Below, piece by piece: positions 11,399 through 21,691 of a stretch of DNA of 64,000 nucleotides. Position numbers and translations under genes: made by a program. Within the stretch, counting starts at the first letter, position 1. Every line of letters starts with the position of its first letter. Under the pieces are notes generated by a model that did no database searches, was not told where the DNA came from, and was given only the letters and a program-made list of their open reading frames with translations. The stretch lies in the NCBI GenBank assembly GCA_937925695.1, contig CALAMD010000055.1, forward strand, positions 116,681-180,680. The letters run 5' to 3'. This stretch comes from an uncultured Bacillaceae bacterium. GTDB taxonomy: Bacteria > Bacillota > Bacilli > Bacillales > Amphibacillaceae.

Positions 11399-11863
11399 GT
11401 GCAGTTGAAATGGATTAAAGCCGATTTAGAAAAGTACCTTCAGGAGAAGAAATATATTGATACGTTATTAGTTCCACTCTTGCCCATCTCTTTTTCAAAT
11501 GATCCTGAATTAACTAACTTAGCTTATAAAACGAATTTATTGACAACGTTATCAAATGAACTAGAACGAGAATTAGCAGGCAGGTTGTTCCAAACGCCAC
11601 CATATTTTTATCTTGAGGGAACCGAACGAAGTAAGGAGATTGAACGTCTTAATGAATGGATAATGGATGCATGTAAACAACCATTTAAGCATACGTTTAT
11701 TGTGACCCATGATATGAGTTGGAAAAAGAATGAACAGGCTTTAACAGGTACTTTGTTATGGATACCAAGTTTAACGTCTGTAGATCCACAAGCAGACGAA
11801 TATAAAACATTTATCCGTAGTCAAGTTGAACAGTTGGTAGAATTTATTCGTTCATATTGGTAA
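11399..11863 (+). CDS. ypiF: YpiF family protein
   Basis: KW...YLQEKKYIDTLLVPL; position before qcrA. Confidence 0.8.
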   Translation: MQLKWIKADLEKYLQEKKYIDTLLVPLLPISFSNDPELTNLAYKTNLLTTLSNELERELAGRLFQTPPYFYLEGTERSKEIERLNEWIMDACKQPFKHTFIVTHDMSWKKNEQALTGTLLWIPSLTSVDPQADEYKTFIRSQVEQLVEFIRSYW

Positions 11864-12023
11864 TATTTTTGTTTTTTCATTGCTTGTTTCCTATTTTAAA
11901 AGTTTTATACTATTAACATAATAATAACCGTGCAAATAATTGACCAAATGTTCAGATTAGGCTATGATAATGGTGTCCTAGTAAATTCATGTGCCCGTGA
12001 AAAAAATAGAGGGGGGGAGAAGC

Positions 12024-12536
12024 ATGAACGAGAAAAAACAACAAGTTTCCCGTCGGCAGTTTTTAAATTATACACTAACGGGTGTAGGCGGATTCATGGC
12101 AGCAGGTGTGTTAGTCCCAATGTTAAGATTCGCTGTTGATCCAGTCTTACAACCTTCATCAAAGGGTGATTTTGTAAACGTTGGCTTAGCTGTAGAAGAT
12201 ATTACGTCTGAGCCGCAACGAATCGAATGGCAAGTCGTACAAGAAGATGCATGGAATAAATCAGAAGTAACTAAAGTAGCATGGGTATTTAGAAATGATG
12301 ATGGTGAGATTATTGCTCATTCCCCAATTTGTAAGCATCTCGGATGCTTCGTCACTTGGGAAGGTAGTGAGGACTATCCAAACGAATATTTTTGTCCTTG
12401 TCATGATGGTCGCTATTATAAGGATGGTACGAATGTTCCAAACACACCTCCAATGGCGCCGTTAGATGAATATGAACAAAGGATAGAAAATGGGATGTTA
12501 TATCTTGGAGATCCAAAACCTAGAGGGGAGGCATAA
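12024..12536 (+). CDS. qcrA: Menaquinol-cytochrome c reductase Rieske subunit
   Basis: Tat motif SRRQFL, CKHLGC and CPCHDG; start moved to ATG 12024 behind a G-rich RBS. Confidence 0.96.
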   Translation: MNEKKQQVSRRQFLNYTLTGVGGFMAAGVLVPMLRFAVDPVLQPSSKGDFVNVGLAVEDITSEPQRIEWQVVQEDAWNKSEVTKVAWVFRNDDGEIIAHSPICKHLGCFVTWEGSEDYPNEYFCPCHDGRYYKDGTNVPNTPPMAPLDEYEQRIENGMLYLGDPKPRGEA

Positions 12537-12542
12537 TCAAAC

Positions 12543-13217
12543 ATGTTACAAAAAGTATATGACTGGATTGATGAACGGGTAGATATTACGCCAATTTGGC
12601 GAGATATAGCCGATCATGAAGTACCAGAACATGTAAATCCAGCTCATCATTTTTCAGCATTTGTTTATTGTTTTGGTGGACTAACTTTCTTTGTTTTAGT
12701 TATTCAAATATTGTCAGGTATGTTTTTAACGATGTACTATGTTGCAGATATTGAAAATGCTTGGAGATCAGTTTATTATTTACAAACAGAAGTAGCCCAT
12801 GGACAAATTGTGCGTGGCATGCATCATTGGGGGGCAAGCGTGCTAATTGTCATGCTCTTATTACATACAATGCGTGTCTTCTTCCAAGGTGCGTATAAGA
12901 AACCACGTGAGTTAAACTGGATGGTAGGCGTGTTAATTTTCTTTATTATACTTGGATTAGGCTTTACCGGATATTTATTACCGTGGGATAATAAAGCCTA
13001 TTTTGCAACACAAGTTGGTCTTGATATTGCCGAACAAGTGCCGTTTATCGGCGAACATTTAAAAACACTACTAGCGGGGGACCCAAATATCATTGGGGCT
13101 GCAACCTTAGCTAGATTCTTTGCGATTCACGTATTCTTTTTACCAGCAGCTTTATTTGCATTGTTAGCGGTTCACTTTATTTTAATCCGCCGACAAGGAA
13201 TTGCTGGCCCACTATAA
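12543..13217 (+). CDS. qcrB: Menaquinol-cytochrome c reductase cytochrome b subunit
   Basis: YCFGG, RGMHHWGAS, GYLLPWD, FFAIHV. Confidence 0.97.
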   Translation: MLQKVYDWIDERVDITPIWRDIADHEVPEHVNPAHHFSAFVYCFGGLTFFVLVIQILSGMFLTMYYVADIENAWRSVYYLQTEVAHGQIVRGMHHWGASVLIVMLLLHTMRVFFQGAYKKPRELNWMVGVLIFFIILGLGFTGYLLPWDNKAYFATQVGLDIAEQVPFIGEHLKTLLAGDPNIIGAATLARFFAIHVFFLPAALFALLAVHFILIRRQGIAGPL

Positions 13218-13247
13218 TACGATATCAGAAAAAAGGAGGGGGAAGCA

Positions 13248-14033
13248 GTGAAGCGAGGAAAAGGCATGCAATTTGTGGGAGATTCACGAATCTCTGCCAA
13301 GCGTACGCCAAATATACCTAAAGATTATTCTGAATATCCCGGACGAACTGAAGCTTTTTGGCCTAACTTTTTATTAAAAGAATGGTTAGTCGGTGCTGTC
13401 TTTCTTATCGGTTTTCTTTGCTTAGTGTTAGCACATCCACCACCGTTAGAAGGCTTAGCTGATCCAACAACAATTGGTTATATTCCTTTACCTGACTGGT
13501 ATTTCCTATTTTTATACCAGCTGTTGAAATATCCTTTTGCTAGTGGTAAGTTTGTCTTATTTGGTATCATTATCATACCTGGTTTAGCATTTGGAGCTTT
13601 ATTTTTAGCACCATTTTTAGACAATGGCACAGGAAGACGTCCGCCTCAACGTCCAATCGCTGTAGCGATGATGATTTTAGCGTTAGCATCTGTTGTTTGG
13701 TTAACCTATGAATCTGCTGCGGCTGTTGACTGGGAGGCCCGGGCAGAAGCGAATAAACCTATTCCACCAGATGCAGTAACGATTGACGTAAGTGATCCAG
13801 GATATGAATTCTATAAAAATAGCTGTGCTATGTGTCATGGAGATGCCTTAGAGGGCTTATCAGCACCATCATTGATTGGTACTGAATATACTGCTGAGGA
13901 AATTGCAATTGTATCTAGAGAGGGAATTGATGGTGATCCAGGAATGCCAGCCGATGCTTTCAAAGGAACAGATGAAGAACTTGAACTATTAGTTGAATTT
14001 ATTATGTCAGTGAATGAAGAGTTTGCTGAATAG
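13248..14033 (+). CDS. qcrC: Menaquinol-cytochrome c reductase cytochrome b/c subunit
   Basis: PDWYFLF plus heme c motif CAMCH. Confidence 0.96.
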   Translation: MKRGKGMQFVGDSRISAKRTPNIPKDYSEYPGRTEAFWPNFLLKEWLVGAVFLIGFLCLVLAHPPPLEGLADPTTIGYIPLPDWYFLFLYQLLKYPFASGKFVLFGIIIIPGLAFGALFLAPFLDNGTGRRPPQRPIAVAMMILALASVVWLTYESAAAVDWEARAEANKPIPPDAVTIDVSDPGYEFYKNSCAMCHGDALEGLSAPSLIGTEYTAEEIAIVSREGIDGDPGMPADAFKGTDEELELLVEFIMSVNEEFAE

Positions 14034-14044
14034 ATAACAATATT

Positions 14045-14086
14045 AACACCTTTGCCAAAGTGATATACTTGGTAAAGGTGTTTTTT
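14045..14086 (+). terminator. Intrinsic terminator after qcrC
   Basis: AACACCTTTGCCAA...TTGGTAAAGGTGTT followed by T tract. Confidence 0.8.
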
Positions 14087-14122
14087 ATCATCAATTTTTT
14101 AGACAAAGGAGATCAATGAAAC

Positions 14123-14692
14123 GTGTTACAAAAGATATTGCTCAATAAATACTTTCTATGGCTATTATTTTTTATTAATCTATTCGGTACAATTTATGGA
14201 TACATATGGTATGACAGTCAGTTGTCAATTACACCACCAATATTTCTTCCTTTTGTGCCAGATAGTCCAACAGCAAGTCTATTTTTTACCATCTTTCTTT
14301 TCTACTTCATCTTTAACAGAAATGTCCCTTATCTTGAAGCGCTGGGTCTTATGTCGTTATTTAAATATGGGATTTGGGCCGTTGCGATGAATTTGTTTAC
14401 CTTATACATAGATGGTTCTTTAGATTGGCAAGGCTATATGTTAATGGCATCCCATGCCGGAATGGCATTACAAGCTGTATTATATGCTCCATATTATAAA
14501 ATTGAGTTAAAGCATTTGGTTGTAGCGGCGCTCTGGATTTTACATAATGACATTATCGATTATGTGTTCGAAATGATGCCAATATATTCTTCCTTAACAA
14601 CCTACATGAAGGAAATTGGCTATTTTACTTTTTGGTTAAGCGTAATCACCATTTTTGTTGCCTATCGGCTAACAATTGGTAAGAAACGGTGA
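14123..14692 (+). CDS. ypjA: YpjA (DUF1405) membrane protein
   Basis: GTIYGYIWY, FVPDSPTASLFF, HNDIIDY; synteny. Confidence 0.9.
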   Translation: MLQKILLNKYFLWLLFFINLFGTIYGYIWYDSQLSITPPIFLPFVPDSPTASLFFTIFLFYFIFNRNVPYLEALGLMSLFKYGIWAVAMNLFTLYIDGSLDWQGYMLMASHAGMALQAVLYAPYYKIELKHLVVAALWILHNDIIDYVFEMMPIYSSLTTYMKEIGYFTFWLSVITIFVAYRLTIGKKR

Positions 14693-14711
14693 GCAAGAAA
14701 CATTGCTAGTT

Positions 14712-14738
14712 ATATATTTTCCTATCTTCACATACATT
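14712..14738 (+). promoter_or_regulatory. Candidate SigE promoter for ypjB
   Basis: ATA (14712-14714), 16 bp, CATACATT (14731-14738) fits the SigE pattern ATA-16/18-CATAcanT. Confidence 0.5.
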
Positions 14739-14768
14739 GATAAAAGTATGGTATGTGAGGTGATCTCC

Positions 14769-15038
14769 ATCAAAAAACTTAAATTTTACCAATTATGTTT
14801 AGCCCTCATGGTAGGCATCCTACTTAACAGTATGACTATATTTATTAAACTTGATCCCGTAATGGCACAAAATGTAAATGATATGACCTTATCTAAAACA
14901 AATTTTGATATGACCCCGTTTTTTTGGGCACTAGCAATTGTTGGTGGTTGTATTGCCGTGACCTTGGGTTATGTAAGTTGGCGGAAATATAAAGCCGAAC
15001 AAAAAGCGAAGATTGAACAGGACACATCAGTTGACTAG
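14769..15038 (+). CDS. ypjB: Short YpjB-like protein (signal peptide plus C-terminal membrane anchor only)
   Basis: C-terminus FFWALAIVGGCIAVTLGYVSWRKYKAE resembles the YpjB tail; ypjB position; SD GAGGTGA (14757-14763) points to in-frame ATC 14769. The track start at 14676 is unlikely. Confidence 0.65.
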   Translation: MKKLKFYQLCLALMVGILLNSMTIFIKLDPVMAQNVNDMTLSKTNFDMTPFFWALAIVGGCIAVTLGYVSWRKYKAEQKAKIEQDTSVD

Positions 15039-15106
15039 ATAAATGAATTTGACTAAAATTGACCTATACAGCAAATCTATCTTTTAGCAAAGGAGGAATA
15101 CACCGC

Positions 15107-15784
15107 ATGACGCTAGGACAATATTTAATCTACTTTGCTTTGTTAATGATTATCCCTATGTGGGCGCAAGCAAGAGTTCAGCGAACCTATAAAACATATT
15201 CGCAAATAGCGACTTCTTCCTATATGACTGGTGCACAAGTTGCACGCAAAATATTAGATGATAATGGTCTTTTTGATGTTCGAATTGAAGAGGTTAAAGG
15301 ATTTTTAACCGACCACTACGATCCTCGCGAAAAAGTTGTTCGATTATCGAGTAAAAACTACCATGGATACTCAATGGCTGCTGCCGCTGTAGCTGCCCAT
15401 GAAGTTGGACACGCTCTACAAGATAGTGAAGAGTATGCCTTCCTTAATTTTCGTACAGCCCTTGTTCCGTTAGCTAGTTTTGGGTCAAGATCAGCGATTT
15501 GGATTATTATTATTGGTGCTGCGTTAGGTATGTTAAATTTAGTCTTGATAGGTATTTTCTTTATGGCATTTGCTGTTTTGTTCCAACTAGTTACCTTACC
15601 TGTAGAATTTAACGCATCTAATCGAGCCATGGATCAACTTGTTGTCTCAGGAATTATTCAAAATAACGAAGAGAGAGACACGAAGAAAGTGCTCAATGCT
15701 GCAGCTTTAACCTATGTAGCAGCTGCCCTTGTAGCCGTGATGGAGCTCTTAAGATTTGTCTTCATCTTTTTAAACAATGATTAA
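15107..15784 (+). CDS. Membrane zinc metallopeptidase (YugP-like)
   Basis: DHYDP, HEVGH, PVEFNAS, AAALTYVA; AGGAGG RBS before ATG 15107. Confidence 0.9.
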   Translation: MTLGQYLIYFALLMIIPMWAQARVQRTYKTYSQIATSSYMTGAQVARKILDDNGLFDVRIEEVKGFLTDHYDPREKVVRLSSKNYHGYSMAAAAVAAHEVGHALQDSEEYAFLNFRTALVPLASFGSRSAIWIIIIGAALGMLNLVLIGIFFMAFAVLFQLVTLPVEFNASNRAMDQLVVSGIIQNNEERDTKKVLNAAALTYVAAALVAVMELLRFVFIFLNND

Positions 15785-15815
15785 ATATAAGCTGAGCCTT
15801 CACTCAGCTAATTTT

Positions 15816-15853
15816 AAAAGGAGTTCAGTCTTAAACTGGACTCCTTTCATTTT
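15816..15853. terminator. Bidirectional terminator between convergent genes
   Basis: AAAGGAGTTCAGT...ACTGGACTCCTTT. Confidence 0.7.
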
Positions 15854-15865
15854 GCAAAGTATTTT

Positions 15866-16738
15866 TTAGTCTGTCAGGGGATTTTTATTCTCATCTAATG
15901 TAAATCCTTCACCCATTACTTCGTGAACGGCGCTCACTGTAACAAAGGCATGGGGATCGACAGCATGAATGATGCCTTTTAATTTAACAATTTCATTCCT
16001 ACCAACTACGCAAAACAATACATGATGTTGCTGTCCAGTATAACTCCCAGTTCCTGAAAAGATCGTTACACCTCGATCCATTTCACGATGGATTCTTTTC
16101 GCAATTTCCTCACTATGTTGGGAAATAATGGTTGTTCCTCGAGCAGAGTAGGCACCTTCTTGAATAAAATCAATTACTCTAGCGCCAATATATACAGCTA
16201 ATAATGTGTACATTCCTTGTACTAATTCTAAAATGGCAAAAACAGATGTGGCAATAACAGCTAAGTCAAATACAAACATCGTTTTTCCCATACTCCAGCC
16301 AAAATATTTATTGATAATCCGGGCGATAATGTCGACCCCGCCGGTCGTACCCCCATAACGAAAAATAATCCCTAAACCTACACCTAGAAAGACACCGGCA
16401 AATAAGGCAACAAGGGTCATATCTGTTTGCAGATCGATCATTAACGGTTTAATTTGAAAGATTTTCAAAAATAATGAAACGGATACGGTACCTATAATAG
16501 TGTAAATAAATGAAATCCGTCCTAAAAACTTCCAACCGATTAAAAATACAGGAATATTCAGGATAATATAAGTAATTGCTGGATCAAGGCCCCATAAGAA
16601 ATATAACAATAGGGTAATACCAGTAAATCCACCTTCACCTAGGCTGTGTTGCATATTGAAATGGACAATCCCGAAGGAAAAAATAGCTGAACCGAGTAGG
16701 ATAAAGAAGATATTCTTATATTTGAGTCCAAAAAACAT
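15866..16738 (-). CDS. ypjC: YitT family membrane protein YpjC
   Basis: EGGFTG, GGTTGGVD, DPHAFV...EVMGEGF; synteny. Confidence 0.9.
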   Translation of the reverse strand: MFFGLKYKNIFFILLGSAIFSFGIVHFNMQHSLGEGGFTGITLLLYFLWGLDPAITYIILNIPVFLIGWKFLGRISFIYTIIGTVSVSLFLKIFQIKPLMIDLQTDMTLVALFAGVFLGVGLGIIFRYGGTTGGVDIIARIINKYFGWSMGKTMFVFDLAVIATSVFAILELVQGMYTLLAVYIGARVIDFIQEGAYSARGTTIISQHSEEIAKRIHREMDRGVTIFSGTGSYTGQQHHVLFCVVGRNEIVKLKGIIHAVDPHAFVTVSAVHEVMGEGFTLDENKNPLTD

Positions 16739-17100
16739 AGGCTAAACCTCCAATGTCTATGATTGGCTAAACAAGCAGTTCTTAGTTATAGTAAAGATAT
16801 CATGAACGTTGTTAATATTTTCCTCATTTTGTTTTTGTAAGAAAAAAATTTGTCAAAAGAAGACTATTTAGCTAACATTAAAGAAGATTAAACTAATCAA
16901 AACATCCTTGAATCATATTATCATATCTATTCCTTAACTGACGAGTATTTACTAAGTATAATAATGAAAATTAATGACCTTATTTTTGACTGAATTAGAT
17001 CAAATATGCTCGTACGATATAGCTAAATTGTTCTTAAAGACGATCGAAATCAATCAAAATATGGCAAGAGATGTATTTGTAAAAAAGGAGGTCATACATC

Positions 17101-17904
17101 ATGACAGTAAAAATCATTTTAGCTGGACCCCGTGGTAAAATGGGTTCTACATTTCTTAAAGTCGTTCAACAAGAAGAAAATTTTGAATTGGTGGCTTGTA
17201 TTGACCGTAAGCATAATGGAAAAAGGTTATGGGAGATCCATCCTTCTTCCCATTTAGATGTACCAATTTACGAAGATGCTCAAACATGTTTTCAGGAAAA
17301 TCCTGCAGATGTGTTTGTCGATTTAACCATGCCTGATGTCGGGTTTGAACATACAAAAAAAGCACTTAATAATGGAATTAGAACTGTGACAGGGACATCA
17401 GGATTTACAAGCCAACAAATTGATGAATTAACAGCCTTAGCTAATAAAAATCAAGTTGGCTGTATCATCGCACCTAATTTTGCAATTGGCGCAGTGCTCA
17501 TGATGCAATTCGCTCAAATGGCAGCTAAATTTTTCCCAAATGTTGAAATTATTGAAAAACATCATGATCGAAAAATAGATGCTCCTTCTGGCACCGCCAT
17601 GAAAACAGTTGATATGATCAAAGAGGTTAGACAAGCCCAACAACAAGGCCACCCTGGGGAATTTGAAACCTTACCCCATGCTAGAGGGGGAGAGGTTGAA
17701 GGAATTCGTATCCATAGTGTAAGGCTACCAGGACTAATTGCCCACCAAGAAGTAATCTTTGGTGCACCTGGCCAAACGCTAACGATTACCCACGATTCCT
17801 TTAGTCGGGAGTCCTTCATGGAAGGTATTAAATTAGCAGTCAATGAGGTTATGAACTTAGAGAAACTCGTCTATGGGTTAGAAAATATCTTAAATTCGCG
17901 TTAA
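17101..17904 (+). CDS. dapB: 4-hydroxy-tetrahydrodipicolinate reductase
   Basis: GPRGKMG, APNFAIG, EKHHDRKIDAPSGTA. Confidence 0.97.
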   Translation: MTVKIILAGPRGKMGSTFLKVVQQEENFELVACIDRKHNGKRLWEIHPSSHLDVPIYEDAQTCFQENPADVFVDLTMPDVGFEHTKKALNNGIRTVTGTSGFTSQQIDELTALANKNQVGCIIAPNFAIGAVLMMQFAQMAAKFFPNVEIIEKHHDRKIDAPSGTAMKTVDMIKEVRQAQQQGHPGEFETLPHARGGEVEGIRIHSVRLPGLIAHQEVIFGAPGQTLTITHDSFSRESFMEGIKLAVNEVMNLEKLVYGLENILNSR

Positions 17905-17948
17905 AGGTCATCAATACGTTAAAATAACAGTATAGAGGAGATTATAAA

Positions 17949-18359
17949 ATGGTAAATATTGCGCTGATTGCTCATGATAAAAAGAAACAAGATATGATCA
18001 ATTTTGCTATTGCTTATAAGCATACGTTAGCAAAAGCTGATTTATATGCTACGGGAACAACAGGAAAATTGGTTTCTGAAGCAACAGGTCTACACGTACA
18101 TCGTTTTCAATCAGGACCAATAGGTGGGGATCAACAAATTGGAGCTATGATTGCTAGTAATGAAATGGATATTGTTATCTTTTTCCGTGATCCTTTAACA
18201 GCTCAACCCCATGAGCCTGATATTAGTGCCTTAATGAGACTTTGCGATGTTCATCTCATTCCATTGGCAACGAATATGGCAACAGCAGAAATTTTAATGC
18301 ATGGATTAAACCGTGGTGATTTAAAGTGGAGAGAAATAATGAACACAAAAAGTGATTGA
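17949..18359 (+). CDS. mgsA: Methylglyoxal synthase
   Basis: [27 protein letters not shown]. Confidence 0.97.
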   Translation: MVNIALIAHDKKKQDMINFAIAYKHTLAKADLYATGTTGKLVSEATGLHVHRFQSGPIGGDQQIGAMIASNEMDIVIFFRDPLTAQPHEPDISALMRLCDVHLIPLATNMATAEILMHGLNRGDLKWREIMNTKSD

Positions 18360-18373
18360 GGTGATGTTTCCCG

Positions 18374-19513
18374 ATGAAAAAAATAGGAATTACTTGTTAT
18401 CCGACTGTTGGCGGTTCAGGGATAATCGCTACAGAATTAGGCATGAAACTAGCTGAAGTAGGGCATGAAGTCCATTTTATCACATCAAAAATGCCATTTC
18501 GGTTAAATAAGCTATATCCTAAAATATTTTATCATGAAGTGGAAATAACAAACTATCCGGTGTTTCAATCTCCTCCATACGATTTAGCGTTAGCAGCTAA
18601 AATGGCTGAAGTCGTTGAACGAGAAAAACTAGATATCCTACATGTTCATTATGCAATCCCTCATGCAATGAGCGCGATTTTGGCGAGAGACCTTGCTGAA
18701 CATGATGTTAAAGTCATTACAACCCTTCATGGAACAGATATATCTGTCTTAGGTCATGATCCGGCCTTTAAACGAATACTTCATTATGGCATTGAACAAT
18801 CAGATGCCGTAACAGCTGTATCACATAGTCTTGCCAAAGAAACAAAAGAAAGAATTGGTATCGAAAAAGATATTTCAGTCATATACAATTTCGTCAATGA
18901 AGATGTCTATTTCAGAAAAAATCTTGCTTCCATTAAAGAACAATTTTCTATTGATCCTGATGAAAAAATTGTGATGCATATATCAAATTTTCGGAAAGTA
19001 AAACGAATTCCTGACGTTATTCATACATTTAAATATATTCGTGAAAAAGTAAAAGCAAAACTACTGCTTGTCGGTGATGGTCCAGAAGCATCAACCGCTT
19101 TTTCTTTAGTGAAAGAGTTAAATTTAGAAAATGATGTATTGTTTTTAGGTAAAAAGAGAAAGATTAGTGATTTATTATCAATTGCTGATTTAATGTTACT
19201 ATTATCAGAACATGAAAGCTTTGGACTTGTTTTATTAGAAGCCATGTCATGTGAAGTACCAGCGATTGGAACTAACGTTGGTGGGATACCTGAAGTGATT
19301 CAACATGATGAAACAGGTTATATCGTTGAATTAGGTGAGGTCAAACAAGCGGCCGAATATGCGACGAAATTGTTGACTGATGATGGCTTACTAAAGAAAT
19401 TTTCGAAAAATGCCTTAGTATATGCAAGAGAAAGATTTCATTCGAAAAAAATTGTGAAACAATATACAGATTTGTATGATAAACTGTTAAGAAAACCCGT
19501 TAAAGTTGAGTGA
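18374..19513 (+). CDS. bshA: N-acetylglucosaminyl-malate synthase (bacillithiol)
   Basis: CYPTVGGSG, HVHYAIPHA, TTLHGTD, HISNFRKVKR, ESFGL. Confidence 0.96.
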   Translation: MKKIGITCYPTVGGSGIIATELGMKLAEVGHEVHFITSKMPFRLNKLYPKIFYHEVEITNYPVFQSPPYDLALAAKMAEVVEREKLDILHVHYAIPHAMSAILARDLAEHDVKVITTLHGTDISVLGHDPAFKRILHYGIEQSDAVTAVSHSLAKETKERIGIEKDISVIYNFVNEDVYFRKNLASIKEQFSIDPDEKIVMHISNFRKVKRIPDVIHTFKYIREKVKAKLLLVGDGPEASTAFSLVKELNLENDVLFLGKKRKISDLLSIADLMLLLSEHESFGLVLLEAMSCEVPAIGTNVGGIPEVIQHDETGYIVELGEVKQAAEYATKLLTDDGLLKKFSKNALVYARERFHSKKIVKQYTDLYDKLLRKPVKVE

Positions 19514-20724
19514 TAACGATGCCTAAAGACCCGTTTGTCGACGGAATAAAGATTATTGAACAAATCGAACAGGCTAATGAAGAAGCTTATTTTGTTGGTG
19601 GTTGTGTACGAGACTTGTTGCTTAAACGACCAATAAAAGACATAGATATTGCCACATCAGCAAAACCTGAGAAAATACAACAAATCTTTAAACAGGTTAT
19701 TCCTGTTGGGATTGAACATGGAACGGTGATCGTCAGATATAATCATCGTTCATATGAAGTAACAACTTTTCGGGTCGATGGACAATATTCTGATAACCGT
19801 CATCCTGATGAGGTTCAATTTATAAATAGCATTGATGAAGATTTGAAACGAAGAGACTTTACGATGAATGCTCTCGCTATGGACAAAGATGGGGAAATAA
19901 TTGATTTATTTTCTGGTAGGAAAGATATTAAACGAAGACAAATAAGAACAGTAGGCGATGGCTATGAGCGGTTCATGGAAGATGCTTTACGGATGGTTCG
20001 AGCTATTCGTTTTGCTAGTCAATTAGGTTTTGCCATTGAATCAGAAACCTTACAAAACATTATTGCCCTAAGAGAAAATATTTCTCATATTGCTATTGAG
20101 CGAATTACGAATGAATTAACGAAATTATTTGCTGGTGATTTCGTCAATCAGGGCATTGATTATTTAAAACAAACGAAACTCGATCAATATTTACCGATTT
20201 TTAAAGAACATCCGCAGATTTTACAGCGAATACCACATTTACATGAACCATTACATTCTTTTGCTGAAGTCATTGCTTTACTTCATAATCTTGAACCAAC
20301 CGTTCGGGTATCTGCCTGGGCAAAGGCATGGAAAACATCCAATCGAATTGAACGGGAAGCAATTTTTCTAACCGAAGCCTTGCAAAATTATCAAATGCAT
20401 GGTCTTAATGAGTGGCTAGTTTATCAATTACCAGAACATCTGCTAGAAGGTTTTTGGCGACTCGTTGAAAATATTTTTCCTGATAAGAAATTTCAACGAA
20501 CACAGTTAGTACAATTAAAACAATCTTTACCTATACAAGCAAAAACAGATTTAGCCATTAATGGCTCAGATATTATTGCTTTGTTTCCAGCCATTAAGCA
20601 AGGGCCATGGATACGTGAGATGATCACAAGCCTAGAAAAAAAAGTCGTTCAGCAGGAATTGCCAAATGATAGAAAAGTATTAAAGGAGTGGATATTATGC
20701 AATCCACCCAAAATAAACTCATAG
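19510..20724 (+). CDS. cca: CCA-adding tRNA nucleotidyltransferase
   Basis: VGGCVRD, DIDIAT, DLKRRDFTMNA, EDALRMVR. Confidence 0.96.
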   Translation: MITMPKDPFVDGIKIIEQIEQANEEAYFVGGCVRDLLLKRPIKDIDIATSAKPEKIQQIFKQVIPVGIEHGTVIVRYNHRSYEVTTFRVDGQYSDNRHPDEVQFINSIDEDLKRRDFTMNALAMDKDGEIIDLFSGRKDIKRRQIRTVGDGYERFMEDALRMVRAIRFASQLGFAIESETLQNIIALRENISHIAIERITNELTKLFAGDFVNQGIDYLKQTKLDQYLPIFKEHPQILQRIPHLHEPLHSFAEVIALLHNLEPTVRVSAWAKAWKTSNRIEREAIFLTEALQNYQMHGLNEWLVYQLPEHLLEGFWRLVENIFPDKKFQRTQLVQLKQSLPIQAKTDLAINGSDIIALFPAIKQGPWIREMITSLEKKVVQQELPNDRKVLKEWILCNPPKINS

Positions 20725-21683
20725 AAATCTTGTCAAAACATCAAGGTCAATACGTTTCGGGACAAAAACTATCAGAAGCACTCAATATATCAAGAAGCGC
20801 TATTTGGAAACATATGAAAAATTTAGCTCAGGCTGGCTATCAAATTGATGCCAAGTCAAGAGTAGGCTATCGAATTATTAGTGGGCCTAATCAACTTAAC
20901 GAATATACCCTTAAATGGGGTCTAAAAACATCGTGGTTAGGTAAAACATTGATTCATAAACCAACGACCATTTCGACACAATCTGATGCCCATCAATTAG
21001 CTAGAAATAATGCAAAACATGGTACAATCATTATTGCTGATCAGCAAACAGGTGGTGTTGGGCGAAGAAAACGACCATGGCATTCTGCTGAAGAAAAAGG
21101 TATTTGGATGAGTATGATTCTCCGTCCGGACTTATTACCTTATCAAGCACCCCAACTCACCTTACTTACTGCAACTGTATTAGCTGATGTAATTCAAAGG
21201 TTGACAGATCTTAAACCAAAGATCAAATGGCCAAATGATATTTTAATCAATCATAAAAAGGCAGCAGGTATTTTAACTGAAATGCAAGCTGAACAAGATG
21301 AGATTGACTATGTGATTATTGGTATTGGTCTAAATATCAATCAACAGCGCAATGATTTACCAACAGATCTTCAAGAAATAGCAACTTCGATTGCTATAGA
21401 GACTAATCAAGAATGGTCACTCGTTCTTTTTGTGCAAGAGATTTTACAAACCTTTGAAGATCAGTATCATAAATATGTAACCAATGGATTCGACAAGATA
21501 AAAGATCAATGGGAGCGCTTCGGATACAAAATCGGTGAAAAAGTCTGGATTAAACAGACTGATCAATACGAACAAGCTACATTTTTAGGCATAGCTGAAG
21601 ATGGCGCTTTATTAATCGAAAATACACCAGGAGACATACATAAAGTATATTCAGCAGAAATTGATTGGCTAAAGGAGGATTAA
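20697..21683 (+). CDS. birA: Biotin-protein ligase/repressor
   Basis: N-terminal HTH (SRSAIWKH), [19 protein letters not shown]; start probably ATG 20697. Confidence 0.95.
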   Translation: MQSTQNKLIEILSKHQGQYVSGQKLSEALNISRSAIWKHMKNLAQAGYQIDAKSRVGYRIISGPNQLNEYTLKWGLKTSWLGKTLIHKPTTISTQSDAHQLARNNAKHGTIIIADQQTGGVGRRKRPWHSAEEKGIWMSMILRPDLLPYQAPQLTLLTATVLADVIQRLTDLKPKIKWPNDILINHKKAAGILTEMQAEQDEIDYVIIGIGLNINQQRNDLPTDLQEIATSIAIETNQEWSLVLFVQEILQTFEDQYHKYVTNGFDKIKDQWERFGYKIGEKVWIKQTDQYEQATFLGIAEDGALLIENTPGDIHKVYSAEIDWLKED

Positions 21684-21691
21684 CTAATAAA

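Noticed and set aside
16900-17100. Lysine riboswitch upstream of dapB
   Set aside because: No AGAGGNGC start, loop E or terminator pattern recognised.
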